From Camelus dromedarius (Eukaryota), in contig NC_087447.1 in NCBI RefSeq assembly GCF_036321535.1, positions 41,356,001 to 41,420,000 on the forward strand: a stretch of 64,000 nucleotides of DNA, written 5' to 3'. Of this stretch, positions 63,826 to 64,000 are shown piece by piece. The notes beneath the pieces are model-generated. The model worked only from the letters and a program-made list of their open reading frames with translations. It was not told where the DNA came from and did no database searches. Made by a program: the position numbers and the translations under genes. The first letter of the stretch is position 1, and the number at the start of each line of letters is the position of its first letter.

Positions 63826-64000
63826 GTTTTCCTGCTACCTTTGCCTCCTTCCCTGACCCCACCTAGGAGTAAGGCCAGTGTCCTGGACACCAGAAGCCCC
63901 AGGGATGGGAGGCAGGTACTTGATGCCTCATCCTCTGTGGAAGAGAAGCTTGAAAAAGGTCAAGAAGACAGTTCCCCCAGGATGGCTTCTAGTGGTTCTG

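Larger units (their letters stand above)
56615..64000 (+). other. IRAG1: IRAG1 intron 2 (partial, runs off the window)
   Basis: Starts gtaagt; I recognised no further IRAG1 coding exon before the window end. Confidence 0.75.

Noticed and set aside
1..64000. A previously undescribed multi-component biological system
   Set aside because: Everything recognisable is explained by the IRAG1 5' region plus common mammalian repeats. Unannotated non-coding exons or enhancers cannot be excluded without expression and conservation data.

Overview
Repeat-rich mammalian genomic DNA. It is most likely camelid, because it carries tRNA-derived SINEs resembling Vic-1 and I recognised no Alu, B1, Bov-tA or PRE-1 elements. 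The window holds the 5' end of IRAG1 (MRVI1) on the + strand: coding exon 1 (13776-13842, MVKAPQSEERLARGGKGNNSVL), a 42,614-bp intron 1, and exon 2 (56457-56614, ...[26 protein letters not shown]), with the gene continuing past the window end. The rest is intergenic or intronic sequence made of LINE-1 fragments (several with readable target-site duplications, TSDs), MIR/L2/L3 relics, MaLR/ERVL LTRs, hAT MITEs and simple repeats. I found no evidence for a novel multi-gene system, and nearly all ORFs in the track are L1 remnants or chance. The most notable observations are: several sequence routes to alternative IRAG1 N-termini; a CArG box overlapping the start codon; a ~65-bp locally templated insertion; a nested retroelement stack that reuses one target site; an L1 nested inside an L1; a MER53 hairpin with a miR-1302-like arm upstream of exon 1; and a 225-bp G-free C-rich minisatellite. 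Repeat subfamily names come from recalled consensus sequences and their boundaries are approximate unless a TSD is given.
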